A stretch of DNA of 64,000 nucleotides from Octopus sinensis (Eukaryota), in NCBI RefSeq assembly GCF_006345805.1, contig NC_043005.1:69812001-69876000 (forward strand), written 5' to 3'. The notes under the pieces are model-generated. The model searched no databases. It worked only from the letters and a program-made list of their open reading frames with translations, and was not told where the DNA came from. The translations under genes were made by a program, and so were the position numbers. This document shows positions 62,014-64,000 of this stretch, piece by piece (the first letter of the stretch is position 1; the number at the start of each line of letters is the position of its first letter).

Positions 62014-62887
62014 ATATAAGCAAGAAGGGTAGTAATATTATTTACTACCAGGTGCCCAGCACAAAAGACGAATTAGTCATAAGACAAAAATATTATTCAT
62101 ATAGAAAAATATTATTCATGTGGTTATACAATTAAGGGCACCTAAATACACATGCCCGTGTAAATTTTGCGTCTGCGCAGAGATTTGAAAAGTTAAGATC
62201 TGCTAGTAGTCGGGTTTAACATATAGCCCCACATCGCTGCAGACATCGATTAAATTCAGGCGACTCGCTGATGAAGCCAGCCTTAGCAAACATATTCTGT
62301 GTTTTGCTAGAAAGAAGCAGAAACCGCGGTACGAGTTGTTAAAGTTATCGGTAAACGTTTTTGATTTTCACTCTCGATAAATTCATCCCCTTTTTGTGTC
62401 CCCAGCACTCGGCATCTTTATTTAGGTGCCCTTAATTGTATAACCACATGAATAATATTTTTCTATATGAATAATATTTTTGTCTTATGACTAATTCGTC
62501 TTTTGTGCTGGGCACCTGGTAGTAAATAATATTACTACCCTTCTTGCTTATATTCGCATACTACATGATGAATTTATTCGTAAAATTCTTCCCGGCATGC
62601 CCGTGTAAATTTTGCGTCTGCGCAGAGATTTGAAAAGTTAAGATCTGCTAGTAGTCGGGTTTAACATATAGCCCCACATCGCTGCAGACCTCGATTAAAT
62701 TCAGGCGACTCGCTGATGAAGCCAGCCTTAGCAAACATATTCTGTGTTTTGCTAGAAAGAAGCAGAAACCGCGGTACGAGTTGTTAAAGTTATCGGTAAA
62801 CGTTTTTGATTTTCACTCTCGATAAATTCATCCCCTTTTTGTGTCCCCAGCACTCGGCATCTTTATTTAGGAGCCCTTAATTGTATA
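62014..62887. repeat. Perfect 135-bp inverted repeat (62014-62148 / 62419-62553) plus 292-bp direct repeat (62151-62442 / 62596-62887)
   Basis: Base-by-base comparison: no mismatch seen in the inverted arms and two substitutions in the direct repeat (GACATCG/GACCTCG and GGTGCCC/GGAGCCC). Confidence 0.95.
62129..62438. mobile_element. MITE-like element: 20-bp perfect TIRs, TA flanks
   Basis: TA|CAATTAAGGGCACCTAAATA ... TATTTAGGTGCCCTTAATTG|TA. A second, left-truncated copy lies at 62596-62883. Confidence 0.65.
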
Positions 62888-62894
62888 TATATAG

Positions 62895-62926
<32 letters not shown>

Positions 62927-64000
62927 TATATTCATACATTATGCATAATCTAATCCTAATTAATTTTGAGTGAGCATTTGTTATTTAGAATATGTGTGCG
63001 TATATTCGAGCATGCATACAGTTTTTTGTTAGAAGTATGATTTAAAGATGCATATTCCATTTTTTATTAATTACATTCAGTATTCACTCGTTCTGCTTTA
63101 CCCTGGTACCTAGGCGGGTACCTCAGCTAATTTGAGTAATTGAATTAATTTGAATTGTCGAGTTACTGTATAGCAAACGACTCAATTGTCCGGTTGCATG
63201 AAAATCTTAAACTGCTGTGAACATCACTTCAACGATTTCCATATAAAACCTACTGCACACTTATTAGTATAACATAGCTTCAATGATATTTCTATCAAAA
63301 CATTTGTTTTTCTAAATTTCTTGAGGGAAAATGTGCAAAATATAACAAGACACGTTTATCTAGGAAACAGATATCTTATAAACTATTTCCCGTTGCAAAC
63401 ATATAAATGTTTATTCAAATAAAATTGCAATGCGATTGTTTATTAATAGCTATTGAACACTCAGCAGTTCATACATTGTCACATATCTCATTTGGTAACA
63501 ACTAAATCGCAAGAAAGAAACGTTTAGTATTTCATTATGCTGAACTACAGTCATTCTCTTGTAACTTGTGCATTGTTACTACACCCTGATGTTATAACTG
63601 TCCTGTTTCTAAGGTTTGTATTCAGCAACATGTCATGATTATCATCACCGTTCCCATTGTCATAATCATCATTATCTTCATCTTCACGGATCTCGTCGTT
63701 CCTATTGACGTCATCATCATTCACTTTTCAAATTTCTATTCATTCAGCAAATAAAATTTTGCTATGTCAGAAATGATATAAGGGAAAAACTGGGGAATTG
63801 TCTTCAGAATTTAAACTAACTATGCGATGGTCATCTAATTCCTTGAATTTACCATTGCAGCTGGCACGCACGTCATGATTTGGTATATCGATACCTTACA
63901 TATCGCCCCTCCAAATATAATCAGTTGTGTATTTGTTTTGCTAATTGATGGTTCTGTTTTCAAATCATCATAAATCGAATTTATAACCGATAGATTTTGT

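Overview
AT-rich, microsatellite-saturated animal genomic DNA with no intact, recognisable protein-coding gene, no rRNA or tRNA gene and no CRISPR array. The SINE and Helitron families and the (TA)n/(CA)n/trinucleotide load look like an octopus (coleoid cephalopod) genome; this is an inference from recalled repeat families, not a database result. The window reads as intergenic DNA or a very long intron filled with mobile-element relics. These include two or three tRNA-derived SINE families (about 15 copies or fragments), six non-autonomous Helitrons of two subfamilies, and Penelope-like elements (two GIY-YIG fragments plus terminal fragments with degenerate hammerhead-like cores). There are also CR1-type, Tx1-like and possibly RTE LINE relics, three Tc1/mariner relics, a piggyBac relic and MITEs. 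Most entries in the ORF track are microsatellite read-through. The structures most worth following up are: a near-perfect A-B-A'-x-B rearrangement at 62.0-62.9 kb; a 1.75-kb old inverted duplication at 6.1-7.8 kb; a pair of duplicated candidate terminal exons ending CSLRY[K/R]R* at 58.7 and 59.3 kb; isolated minus-strand micro-exon candidates (18 and 24 nt); and a few unexplained long open frames. None of these can be shown from sequence alone to be a new biological system. Percent identities quoted are by-eye estimates, and boundaries of old relics are approximate.
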